The notes under the pieces are model-generated. The model made no database searches and had not been told where the DNA came from. It was given only the letters and a program-made list of their open reading frames with translations. Source: Patescibacteria group bacterium (GTDB taxonomy: Bacteria; Bacteroidota; Ignavibacteria; Kapaibacteriales; Kapaibacteriaceae). Taken from it: 64,000 nt of DNA. The first letter of the stretch is position 1, and each line of letters starts with the position of its first letter. The DNA lies in NCBI GenBank assembly GCA_044376225.1, contig JBILLF010000003.1, forward strand, positions 2,754 to 66,753. The letters run 5' to 3'. Made by a program: the position numbers and the translations under genes. This document shows positions 15,822 through 25,244 of the stretch, in pieces.

Positions 15822-18800
15822 ATGAATCATCTAGTCCGCTTCATCGTGATTGTCTGCTCGCTTGCAAACGCCGTAAGCATCTTTTCGCAAGCCTCGCCGT
15901 TCAACTATGTTCCGGTACGCATTCGTCCATTGGATGCGACAACGATAGAATGTCGTTTTGCCGTGTTCGTTACTGCGGATCCGACCACTCCAATTCCGCT
16001 AGCAAGCTTTAGCGAAGATGTTAGCGAAAGTGGAAAACTGATCACGAAGAGCTTCATGCTCGACTCGGCTCGACCGGCCCGTAATCTGTCGTTGTTGGTA
16101 GCGATGGACTTGTCGAAGTCAAATGACGTCAAACTGCCATCGAACTTCACCCCGTTGGAGATTGCCAAGAAGGCAGCGACAGCTGCATCAGGGTTTATGA
16201 ACATGACGTTTGATGAGGTCGGGCTGGTTGGTGTTGATGCACTCGCCGAGCTTACATGCGGTCTAACAAGTGACAAGGCTTCCTTTAACAATGCCGTGGC
16301 GGGAATAACTACGACAGGAGGATTCAATCTCCGACGTGGACTTTTTGACGTACCCGGAGGGGCCCTTAATCATCTTCAGAATGCTCGCAATGCCAGAGCG
16401 CTTTTGATATATACTGATGGATCCTCAACCTTCAACACAAAGTCGGCGATCGCCATTGCACGTACCTACGGTATACGGGTGTACGTTGTCGGCATCGGGA
16501 CGAGAGTCAATTCCGACCTGCAGGCTCTTGCAGATTCTTCTGGCGGTGGAAGTGTTGACTTGGTAACCACGGTTAATGAGGCCATCAGTTACTCGATTGC
16601 CTATCTCGCTGATGCAAAGTTGCGTCAACTCCATACCATTACGTGGAAGACTAGTCTCCCCTGCGACACCACACGGACACTGCGATTCGGATCACCAGGA
16701 AAGCGTGAAACACCGTTCAGGTATCCACAATCATTTGTTCGCACGCTCAAGGGGGCCGAGAAAGGCATTGATTTTGGGATTGTGCCTCAGGGACAATCTT
16801 CAACGGAAACGATAACACTTACTGCCGTCAATGGACCTGTTACAATAAGCTCTTTCGACCTCGTGCAATCCGGGGGCTATGAGCTTGTGAATCCTCCAGC
16901 GATGCCGCGTACGGTAAGTGTTGACCAGAGTATCACATTCACCTTCAAGTACAACTCAGCAACATCTGATGCCGTTTATGCACGGTTGAATCTCGTCACT
17001 GATGCGTGTGACGTTCAGCCCGTGGTAATGAGGGCCGGTTCGGTCTATTCCGGAGAGAAACTTCAGTTGGTTTCACCGACGGTCAGTGATCAGTTTATCG
17101 CCGGCAGGGACACACTGATACGTTGGACCAATGCCCTACCGGATGAGTTCGTTCGACTTGAAGTGAGTTACGACAACGGTGTTACCTGGTACAGCATATC
17201 CGAATCCGCTACTGGTCTGTCATACAAGTGGAACCCGGGCCCCTTGACTGGTGAACGATGTCAGATGCGCGTTTCGTCGACAGTTATTGATCAGCGAAAT
17301 GTTCTCGTACTCAAGGGACAGACACAACCACTCTATAGCAGCATATTCACCGAGGACGACAAGCTTGTTATCACCGGTGGTGATGATGGTTCGGTGAGGG
17401 CATGGGATGCACGCACCGGACAGCAGACGCGTATCGTTGGAATCCACGGAAACTGGGTATGGTCCCTGGCGCAAATGCCCGGTTCCTCGATTGTAGCATC
17501 AGCAAGTCATGACGGCACGGTTCGTGTCTGGGATTTTTCCTCAAGCCGTCGCATAGCCACGATCAATGTTGACTCTAGGGCCTGGTCCGTTGCGTTCAGT
17601 GCCGATGGTAAAACACTCATGATCGGAACCGATAAGTCGATCATCCGTGTTTCGACCGACTCCTGGACAATCGACAAGATCACCACCGCTCTTGAAGGTC
17701 CCGTTTACGATATTCATCCGATGCCTGCCGGCCGAATGATCTCAGCTGAAGGCAGTCGAGCAGTTGCTCGTGATCTTATCAGCCTGGATACGTTACGGAC
17801 GTTTTCAGACCCTCAGCAGAAAGGTGCGGTGTACGCCGTCAGTTCACCTGCATCAGGTGACGTCATTGTGACGGGTGGTGCTGACTTTGTGCTGAGAAAG
17901 TATGCATTCAACAATGGCCAACTCGTTGGAAAGACGACACCTGGTGTTGGAAGCATTCTCACACTTTCGTACTCGCCTGACGACACGAGGATTCTCACGG
18001 CCGGTGGCGATGCTACTGCTAAACTCTACTCAGCCGATAATCTTTCGCCGCAGGCGTCGCTTGCTGGCCACACCGGCATTGTTTATTCAGCGATGTATTC
18101 ACATGACGGCAAGAGTGTTGTGACAGCCTCCACCGACTACACAGGCCGCATTTGGCCACTTGACAAACTCGGTCTGATAAGCGACATCAGCGACGGCGTT
18201 TTCAGTATCAGTGGCGGAACCGTTCAATCGTCAGATGTCTCAATGGGTGATGTCGTGCTTGGTGAAGGGTCTGACAAGCTCAGCACGGTGGTTCGCAATA
18301 CCGGTTCAGCTCCATTGGTGATTCGTTCTCTACACCTTCTACCTGATGGTAACCCAACAGACTTTGACATCACTGCGCCAGGCCTTCCCTTGGCACTGGC
18401 GGCGGGCGCCGAGTACCAACTAGACGTGTCATTCACCCCTACTGAGCAGGGTCTGCGTACGGCAATGGCCGAGATTCAGACTGGCAGAGGTCCGACATTG
18501 ATCTCAATCAGTGGCAATGGCGCATTGCCTGCTCTGCGAGCTCCCGAGACACTGAACTTTGGACGTCACGTGGCTAACGCCGCAGTGGTAGATAGTGTCA
18601 TTACGCTCACCGCTGTTGGTGACCCATCGTCCACGTTCAATGTCTCGCTAACGCAGATCCTAGAGTATCAGCGCTCTGTGTTCAGTATTGTTTCAGGGGG
18701 CGGACCATTCACGATGAAGGGTGGTGAAACCCGGCGCATTACTGTTCGATTCGATCCGAAGTCCTTTGGTCGCTTTGCTGCCATCCTGAACATCCGTATT

Positions 18801-20165
18801 GATTCACGTCCATCACAGGTAGTCAGGCTCTACGGGGAGGCCACCGGTGAAGGACGCCTTTCTGCCACATCGTCGGTTCTGTTTCCATCCTCTCCGTGCT
18901 CTTCATCACCGAGTCAGCGCAGCATACTCCTTCGCAATTCAGGTAACTCAGAGACCGTCCTGTATTCGATCGGCCTGGAAGGGACAAATGCCGATGAGTT
19001 TGAGTTCCTTTCGCTTCCTACCTTTCCTTTCACCATGGCAGCAAAGGACAGTCTGCCTCTGACGATACAGTTCGATCCGAAACGTGTAGGTGTCAAGGAT
19101 GCTCGTGTTGTCACCTCGTCGAACGCATCCAACGCCATCAATGGTCGCACCGTTGTGAGTATGATAGCCCGGCGAGATTCGGTCGGATTCGAGCTTTCCC
19201 GCACCACGGTTGATCTCGGCAATGTTGCTGAAGGAGAAATGCAAAGTGACCGTTTGCAGATCTTGAACACCGGAACAATCACGCTTCAGTGGCCACGAGG
19301 TGGTATCGTGCTCGGACCGTTTCGCATCGACAGTATCACTCCGGACATCACACCTGGCCGCCGAAGTTCAGACATGCTGGTTACCTTCACGGGTGGTCAG
19401 GCCGGAAAGATGTACGAGACCACGTACACGTTTGTCGATACAATCTGTAATCGGAGTCAGACGGTAGCGCTTAAGGCCTACGTCAAGAGTATCGTCGGTG
19501 GACGAGTTCGTATTGGCAAGGTTGATGCACGCACCGGGGAGCTTGTTTCTGTGCCGGTATATGTTTCCAATCTGACCAATATGGAACGGACTCCGGTGAA
19601 GGAGTTCCTTATGCACTGCAGCGTCAACGGGCGGATCCTCACCCCATCGGGATCAACGCCAGTAGGTATTCTCAAGGCAGATGGTTCTCGCAGTTTCAGC
19701 GTCGCGGTGCCATTGACGTCCAAAGATTCGGTTGCAACGATGATGACCTTTCAGACGACCTGGGGTAACGACACATCATCGTTCATCAAGATCGACAGCA
19801 TCACTGTTGCCGATACGCTGCAGTTCCGAACCTTTGACGGTGAGGTACGTCTGGTGGACCTCTGTCGTATCGGAGGTCGCGCGCGCCTTATCTCACTGCA
19901 GGCCAATGGCGCTGGCGTTAGAGTTAACCCAACTCCCGCTTCCAGCCAGGCATCTGCAACGATAGATCTCGTTGAGCGAGGACGAACCAGTGTTCGTCTT
20001 TATGACGCACAGGGACGCAACGTTGCTTTGCTCTTTGACGAAGACACGCCACCGGGTCGTTGGACGGTTCCATTGGATCTGTCTTCACTTCATAATGGCA
20101 CCTACTTCGTCGTCATGACAACTCCTTCGGAAACATTTACACAGCGTCTGGAGGTGATCCGATGA
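15822..20165 (+). CDS. Giant exported multidomain protein: VWA (intact MIDAS), WD40-like beta-propeller, repeated ASH/choice-of-anchor-D-like Ig modules, a cohesin-like module and a T9SS C-terminal sorting domain
   Basis: I prefer the ATG at 15822 (MNHLVRFIVIVCSLANAVSIFSQ signal peptide). The MIDAS motif DLSKS lies at 16107-16121, followed by LIYTDGSS. WD repeats include DGSVRAWDARTGQ, HDGTVRVWDFSS, GGDATAKLYSA and STDYTGRIWPL. Ig modules begin IDFGIVPQGQ, VSMGDVVLGEG, LNFGRHVANA and VDLGNVAEGE. The C-terminus VRLYDAQGRNVALLFDED...LHNGTYFVVMTTPSETFTQRLEVIR is typical of a T9SS sorting domain. Confidence 0.7.
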   Translation: MNHLVRFIVIVCSLANAVSIFSQASPFNYVPVRIRPLDATTIECRFAVFVTADPTTPIPLASFSEDVSESGKLITKSFMLDSARPARNLSLLVAMDLSKSNDVKLPSNFTPLEIAKKAATAASGFMNMTFDEVGLVGVDALAELTCGLTSDKASFNNAVAGITTTGGFNLRRGLFDVPGGALNHLQNARNARALLIYTDGSSTFNTKSAIAIARTYGIRVYVVGIGTRVNSDLQALADSSGGGSVDLVTTVNEAISYSIAYLADAKLRQLHTITWKTSLPCDTTRTLRFGSPGKRETPFRYPQSFVRTLKGAEKGIDFGIVPQGQSSTETITLTAVNGPVTISSFDLVQSGGYELVNPPAMPRTVSVDQSITFTFKYNSATSDAVYARLNLVTDACDVQPVVMRAGSVYSGEKLQLVSPTVSDQFIAGRDTLIRWTNALPDEFVRLEVSYDNGVTWYSISESATGLSYKWNPGPLTGERCQMRVSSTVIDQRNVLVLKGQTQPLYSSIFTEDDKLVITGGDDGSVRAWDARTGQQTRIVGIHGNWVWSLAQMPGSSIVASASHDGTVRVWDFSSSRRIATINVDSRAWSVAFSADGKTLMIGTDKSIIRVSTDSWTIDKITTALEGPVYDIHPMPAGRMISAEGSRAVARDLISLDTLRTFSDPQQKGAVYAVSSPASGDVIVTGGADFVLRKYAFNNGQLVGKTTPGVGSILTLSYSPDDTRILTAGGDATAKLYSADNLSPQASLAGHTGIVYSAMYSHDGKSVVTASTDYTGRIWPLDKLGLISDISDGVFSISGGTVQSSDVSMGDVVLGEGSDKLSTVVRNTGSAPLVIRSLHLLPDGNPTDFDITAPGLPLALAAGAEYQLDVSFTPTEQGLRTAMAEIQTGRGPTLISISGNGALPALRAPETLNFGRHVANAAVVDSVITLTAVGDPSSTFNVSLTQILEYQRSVFSIVSGGGPFTMKGGETRRITVRFDPKSFGRFAAILNIRIDSRPSQVVRLYGEATGEGRLSATSSVLFPSSPCSSSPSQRSILLRNSGNSETVLYSIGLEGTNADEFEFLSLPTFPFTMAAKDSLPLTIQFDPKRVGVKDARVVTSSNASNAINGRTVVSMIARRDSVGFELSRTTVDLGNVAEGEMQSDRLQILNTGTITLQWPRGGIVLGPFRIDSITPDITPGRRSSDMLVTFTGGQAGKMYETTYTFVDTICNRSQTVALKAYVKSIVGGRVRIGKVDARTGELVSVPVYVSNLTNMERTPVKEFLMHCSVNGRILTPSGSTPVGILKADGSRSFSVAVPLTSKDSVATMMTFQTTWGNDTSSFIKIDSITVADTLQFRTFDGEVRLVDLCRIGGRARLISLQANGAGVRVNPTPASSQASATIDLVERGRTSVRLYDAQGRNVALLFDEDTPPGRWTVPLDLSSLHNGTYFVVMTTPSETFTQRLEVIR

Positions 20166-22180
20166 AACGCAACTCCAGTTTTGCACTAACTCTTGTCCTG
20201 TTCGGACTTTTCGGCGTCCAAGTATTTTCACAGTCGTCAGACGAGCGTCGCGCTCGTGTCGGTGCCGTCTTACAGGGAAGCCTTGATCTTCATTCGGCCT
20301 CCTTTACACGTTTGCCCGAGATCGACAACTGTTGCCCAGGCTTTACCGGTGGTTCTGGCTCCGGCTGGTCGGTGGGACTCTCCTACAACACACCGTTAGC
20401 TTCGCCATGGTCTCTCGATGTGCGAGCCGGTTATCAGCATGGCAGTGTCGACATGGTTACCCGTGAATCGAGGCTGATCACCCAAATTGATGGAACTGCT
20501 CAGACCGCCACGATCCGACATGACATGTCACTGGGTGTGTCACGGATGAGCATTGAGCCTCTTGCTATCTATGCTATCACTCCCCGCCTTGGACTTCGAA
20601 TGGGGCTCTGGGGTGCCTACCAGCTCAACGGCACGTATAGCCAAGGAGAGGCTCTTGAAGCCCCATCCAATGCAGTCTTTGACAACGGTCAAAAGCTTCG
20701 TAATCAGTCCGAAGGAACTCTGACCTCACTTGCGAGTATGAACCTAGGCCTAACCGTTGGTCTTGGTACGGAATTGCCGTTGAATACTGATGGTTCGCTG
20801 CTGATGTCCCCAGAGCTGTTGTTCACCTTTGCTCCGACCAACATCCTACAGAATACCTCCTGGTCTGCGGCCATGATTCGTGCGGGAGTTGTCGTGTCTT
20901 TCTCACCGGAGGAAGACAAGGACGAGATCTCCGACATGGAGCTGTTCGAGGTTGCACGCACCGTTACGATCACACCGTCGGAAACCGGACAGCCCCTTGC
21001 CGTGCCGGCAGTATCCTATACCGGTCTCATGGAGAATGGCAATCTTAGTGACCGAAAGACAATTCGGGTCGAGGAGTTTGCGTCAAACCGGGTTCGACCA
21101 CTTCTGCCCTATGTGTTCTTCGACGCAAAGTCGAATTCACTCTCGCCACGCTACCGTCAGCTTTCGCAAGAACAGGTCGAGACCTACTCCCTCGAGAATT
21201 TCTACAACCTCGACGCAATGGTCACATACTATCAGCTCCTGAACGTCATCGGCAAGCGTATGCAGGAGAATCCAGATGCCAGCATCTCCATCACGGGTTG
21301 CACAGATTCCAAGGAGGCTGAGGCAACCGAAGATCTCGGCAAGCGTCGGGCGACTGTGGTTCGCAATTATCTGGTTGACACATGGAAGATCGCGGCTTCG
21401 CGAATCGCCCTCGACCAGCGTGCTCAACCGACAGAAGCATCAAATGAGTCCGACGCGGATGGTGCGGCTGAGAACCGCCGTGTAGAGATTGCCAGCTCTG
21501 ACCCGACAATTCTATCTGCCGTAAACTCAAATGACACGATGAGGGTGTTTGACCCTCCGGGCGTGAGATTCAATCTCGCCGTACAACATGCCGCTCAGTT
21601 GAAGTCATGGACCCTCTTTGTCTCCGAAGGAGATCGGATCATCAGAACATTCCACGGTTCGGGTGTTCCACCTCAAGAGGTTGACTGGCGCATTGCTGAG
21701 CAGGCTCGGTTGATTCCACGTGGCACACGAAAGATCGAATACATGCTCGTCGTTCAGGATTCAAACGGAACGGTTATCCCTACGGAAACCGGCAGCATTC
21801 CTGTGAGCGAAGTCACAATTGAAGATAAGCGCTCAGGGGGCGGCACCGATAAGTCGATTGACAGATTTTCCCTGATCCTTTTCGGGTTCGATAAGTCAGA
21901 GGTCACAACCGAGCATCAGGCTACTCTCTCTAGCGTTAAACGTGCCATTACACCTACGTCTTCAGTCACCATAACGGGATATACGGATCGTAGCGGCGCA
22001 GAGGATTACAACCGCCGGTTGAGCGAGCAACGTGCTCGTGCTATTGCAACGGCACTTGGTACGCAACGTGCAAGCGTCGTCGGCCAGGGAGAGATATTGC
22101 CTCTCTACGATAACACAACCCCTGAAGGCCGATTCTACTCGCGTACGGTGGAAGTCATCGTCGAGACGCCAATGAAGTAA
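20162..22180 (+). CDS. Outer-membrane protein with an N-terminal beta-rich region and two OmpA-like domains (paralogue 2)
   Basis: Signal peptide MKRNSSFALTLVLFGLFGVQVFSQ. OmpA-like cores: ISITGCTDSKEAEATEDLGKRRATVVRNYL...ENRRVEI and VTITGYTDRSGAEDYNRRLSEQRARAIATALG...FYSRTVEVIVE. There is an ATGA overlap with the giant CDS. Confidence 0.75.
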   Translation: MKRNSSFALTLVLFGLFGVQVFSQSSDERRARVGAVLQGSLDLHSASFTRLPEIDNCCPGFTGGSGSGWSVGLSYNTPLASPWSLDVRAGYQHGSVDMVTRESRLITQIDGTAQTATIRHDMSLGVSRMSIEPLAIYAITPRLGLRMGLWGAYQLNGTYSQGEALEAPSNAVFDNGQKLRNQSEGTLTSLASMNLGLTVGLGTELPLNTDGSLLMSPELLFTFAPTNILQNTSWSAAMIRAGVVVSFSPEEDKDEISDMELFEVARTVTITPSETGQPLAVPAVSYTGLMENGNLSDRKTIRVEEFASNRVRPLLPYVFFDAKSNSLSPRYRQLSQEQVETYSLENFYNLDAMVTYYQLLNVIGKRMQENPDASISITGCTDSKEAEATEDLGKRRATVVRNYLVDTWKIAASRIALDQRAQPTEASNESDADGAAENRRVEIASSDPTILSAVNSNDTMRVFDPPGVRFNLAVQHAAQLKSWTLFVSEGDRIIRTFHGSGVPPQEVDWRIAEQARLIPRGTRKIEYMLVVQDSNGTVIPTETGSIPVSEVTIEDKRSGGGTDKSIDRFSLILFGFDKSEVTTEHQATLSSVKRAITPTSSVTITGYTDRSGAEDYNRRLSEQRARAIATALGTQRASVVGQGEILPLYDNTTPEGRFYSRTVEVIVETPMK

Positions 22181-23286
22181 TGAAGATCGTCATCTTCAAC
22201 TGGCAGGATCGCACGCACCCCCAGGCCGGAGGTGCTGAGACACATCTGCACGAGATCTTTAGTCGATTGGTCAAGCGTGGACACAGCGTGACACTCGTAG
22301 CGTGTGCCTATGACGGAGCACCATCGACGGAGGTCATCGATGGTATTACAGTTATCCGCATCGGGAGCCGCGCCACGTACAACTTCGCCGTTCCAATCTG
22401 GTGGCTGCGCCACGGAAAGCACCTTGGGTACGATCTTGTTGTCGATGACATCAACAAGATTCCGGTATTCACTCCCCTCTTTGTCGGTTTGCCAGTTCTG
22501 GCCCTCGTCCACCATCTTTTCGGCTCCGCGATCTTTTCCGAAGCAGGTGCCATTGCCGGCACCTATGTCTGGTTGTCAGAACGATTGATCCCTCGCATCT
22601 ACCGTGACACACCCATTGCGGTTGTCTCCGAGAGTACCCGCCGTGACTGTATAGAATCAGGACTCTCTGAGAGGCAACTCGATATTGTGTACAACGGCGT
22701 GGCTGTCGAGCACTTTCCGATGAGAGTTTCCGAGAAAGAGGCAGTACCGACGATTGCCTACTTCGGACGACTGAAGAAGTATAAGTCAGTCGACCATGTC
22801 ATAAAGGCCATGAGAATTGTTGTGCAACGTCTTCCCGAAGCAAGGCTAGATGTTTTAGGAAGAGGCGATGATGAGCCGCGACTGCGTACGCTAGTGGCAG
22901 AAGAAGGTCTCGCTGACAACGTGACGTTTCATGGTTATGTGAACGATCAAACGAAGGTTAGACTCCTGTCACGAGCACATGTGGTTGTAAATCCTTCTAT
23001 GAAAGAGGGCTGGGGTATCACGAATCTTGAGGCAAATGCATGCGGTACGCCCGTCATTTCTGCTGATTCACCCGGTCTGCGTGATTCGGTAAGTAATGGC
23101 GTATCGGGACTTCTGTATCCCTATGGTGATATTGAGCTTCTTGCACAGAGGATTGTGTCCGTCGTTTCAGATGCACACCTTTCCTCTACACTTCAGGAAG
23201 GCTCTCTTGTCTGGGCTCGCCAGTTTTCTTGGGATCGATCGTCTATCGAAATGGAAGCACTATGTCGCCGCGCAATCTCTCGTTGA
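22180..23286 (+). CDS. Family 4 (GT-B, group 1) glycosyltransferase
   Basis: NPSMKEGWGITNLEANACGTPVISADSPGLRDSV (E-x7-E). Its ATG shares one nucleotide with the upstream TAA (TAATG). Confidence 0.8.
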   Translation: MKIVIFNWQDRTHPQAGGAETHLHEIFSRLVKRGHSVTLVACAYDGAPSTEVIDGITVIRIGSRATYNFAVPIWWLRHGKHLGYDLVVDDINKIPVFTPLFVGLPVLALVHHLFGSAIFSEAGAIAGTYVWLSERLIPRIYRDTPIAVVSESTRRDCIESGLSERQLDIVYNGVAVEHFPMRVSEKEAVPTIAYFGRLKKYKSVDHVIKAMRIVVQRLPEARLDVLGRGDDEPRLRTLVAEEGLADNVTFHGYVNDQTKVRLLSRAHVVVNPSMKEGWGITNLEANACGTPVISADSPGLRDSVSNGVSGLLYPYGDIELLAQRIVSVVSDAHLSSTLQEGSLVWARQFSWDRSSIEMEALCRRAISR

Positions 23287-25244
23287 TACAGCTGTTCGTG
23301 GTGTTTCTGGTAGTCGGGTCTGCAACGTTTGCCCAAAACATCAGAGATAGTCGCGGAAGTGATTTCTGGCTGGCTGTGCCACCCAATGACAACAATGCCT
23401 CGACAGTTGCGGACCCCTCCTTTGTATCACTGCTCGTAGCGTCGGACACCGTTCAGACAACCGTCATTGTTTTTGCTCGTCGACGAACCGGTGAGACAGA
23501 TACCATACTGACGGTCGTGCCGCCATCGACGCTGTGGGAGATCCGCCTAGCACAGTACACTCGCTACCAGCTCCAAGGTGCAGAATTTCTTAATGGTCAG
23601 AGTCCGGATGGGGAGAGACCAACGACGGCAAGTATACACGTCGTGACGTCGCATGATGTTTCGCTCTACGCTGTCCTGCGTGCCCCCTTATCAAGTGATG
23701 CGTGGCTCGTCCTGCCGACGGATGCTTTATCGACGGATTACCTTGTCATGTCGTACCCGTCGAGCTACGCAACAGCTGTACTAACACCTGCTCTTTACCC
23801 TAGTCAGTTTGTAGTTGTAGCAACTGAGGACTCCACCGTGGTGAATATTGACCTCAGTCCTGACCGATCAGACCGAGCTATCGGCAGGAACAGGACAGTC
23901 ACACTTGCCAAAGGTGAGTCGTATCTGGTTCAGGCAAAGGTCGACAACACGCGCCGCGATGATCTAACCGGATCCTCCGTGACATCAAACAAGCCCATTG
24001 TCGTGCTCGGAGGACATCGTCGCGCGCTTGTTCCCGTAACACTCCCAAAAACATCCCGCGACTGCCTCGTTGAACAACTTCCGGGCGTCGAGACATGGGG
24101 CCGTCAGATCATTGTGCCTTCGCTTATCCCTCCGACAGACGCCGATATCAGCGGGCCCAGTGATGTTCCTATCTGCCGAGTTCTAGCAGCCAATGACTCA
24201 ACACTCATCACTGTCAACTCACAACCACCGTATTTGCTTAACAAGGGGGCGTTCTGGGACTTGCCCCTTGATAAAGCGCTAGTATTTTCGGCCACCAAAC
24301 CGATTTTGGCGGCGATTATTGATCGTTCAGCCAATACAACACCCTCCGCACGACTCACAGGCGATCCATCAATGTTGATCGTTCCGCCGGTTGAGCAGTA
24401 CCTGCGGTCGTACATCGTCGGCAGCGTTGGCCCAAATACGAGTGGACGGCAGATCTACACGACACACAATATCACGGTCATCGTTCCGACGGTCGCTGTT
24501 CCATCCCTGACCCTCGACGGTGGTCCCAACTTCACGTCGGTGCAGTCTGTTCTTGGAACGGCCTACTCCATTGCTTCGGCCCGTGTTTCCCCGGGTGCCC
24601 ATCGCGTCCGTTCCGATTCGGCACTCGGAATCTTTGTCTATGGCTATGGACCGGCTGAGTCCTATGGCTATACCGGTGGAATGGCATTTGAACGATTGTA
24701 TGATCCGGTCATCCGACTCAAGGCACTCGATGCGGTAGGAACTGCAGGAAAGCGTGATACCATCGCCGTGATTATTGATAGCGTAGACCTCCGAAACACG
24801 GAAGCCCTTGCCGGAATCAGGAGTGTCAGCTTTCGACTTCGATTTGATGCCACCTCATTCGTAACTCGTCAACCCGGTGACCTTGATTCGACGAGGTCTT
24901 TCTATTGTTTGAATCTGAATGCGAACGTACTAACCATCAAGCCGGGCGACACCGTGGCACTGATTGTTGGCAATCATACACTCGGCCTTGCTGACTCATC
25001 CGCTATCGAGGTTGACTCTGCTACGTGGTACTCCGGTGACCGACGAGCTCTGTCTATCATCACGAAGTACATTCCGGGCGAACTACGCACTCTCGGAGTA
25101 TGCGAGGCAGACGACCGACAGCGCCTGTTCGATCCTCGTACGCCCCGTCCAGCTGTGATGCGTCCGGGGTACTATGACATCCGTGGAGCCTATGTCGGCG
25201 AGTCTCTTGATGGCCTGGCTCCGGGCGTGTATTTCCAACGATGA
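23262..25244 (+). CDS. Exported protein with an IgGFc-binding-protein (FCGBP) N-terminal-like domain and a cohesin-like module
   Basis: I prefer the ATG at 23262 (MSPRNLSLIQLFVVFLVVGSATFAQ). GSDFWLAVPPN, SNKPIVVLGGHRRALVP...CLVEQLPGVETWG, GDPSMLIVPPVEQY and YGYGPAESYGYTGG resemble the FCGBP_N pattern as I recall it. The C-terminus has only a short CTD-like fragment. Confidence 0.5.
   Translation: MSPRNLSLIQLFVVFLVVGSATFAQNIRDSRGSDFWLAVPPNDNNASTVADPSFVSLLVASDTVQTTVIVFARRRTGETDTILTVVPPSTLWEIRLAQYTRYQLQGAEFLNGQSPDGERPTTASIHVVTSHDVSLYAVLRAPLSSDAWLVLPTDALSTDYLVMSYPSSYATAVLTPALYPSQFVVVATEDSTVVNIDLSPDRSDRAIGRNRTVTLAKGESYLVQAKVDNTRRDDLTGSSVTSNKPIVVLGGHRRALVPVTLPKTSRDCLVEQLPGVETWGRQIIVPSLIPPTDADISGPSDVPICRVLAANDSTLITVNSQPPYLLNKGAFWDLPLDKALVFSATKPILAAIIDRSANTTPSARLTGDPSMLIVPPVEQYLRSYIVGSVGPNTSGRQIYTTHNITVIVPTVAVPSLTLDGGPNFTSVQSVLGTAYSIASARVSPGAHRVRSDSALGIFVYGYGPAESYGYTGGMAFERLYDPVIRLKALDAVGTAGKRDTIAVIIDSVDLRNTEALAGIRSVSFRLRFDATSFVTRQPGDLDSTRSFYCLNLNANVLTIKPGDTVALIVGNHTLGLADSSAIEVDSATWYSGDRRALSIITKYIPGELRTLGVCEADDRQRLFDPRTPRPAVMRPGYYDIRGAYVGESLDGLAPGVYFQR

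Noticed and set aside
15822-20165. Possibility that the VWA + WD40 protein is part of an intracellular vWA/NTPase conflict (defence) system
   Set aside because: The protein has a clear N-terminal signal peptide and a T9SS C-terminal sorting domain. No associated ATPase, STAND or effector genes are nearby. An extracellular adhesin-like role fits better.
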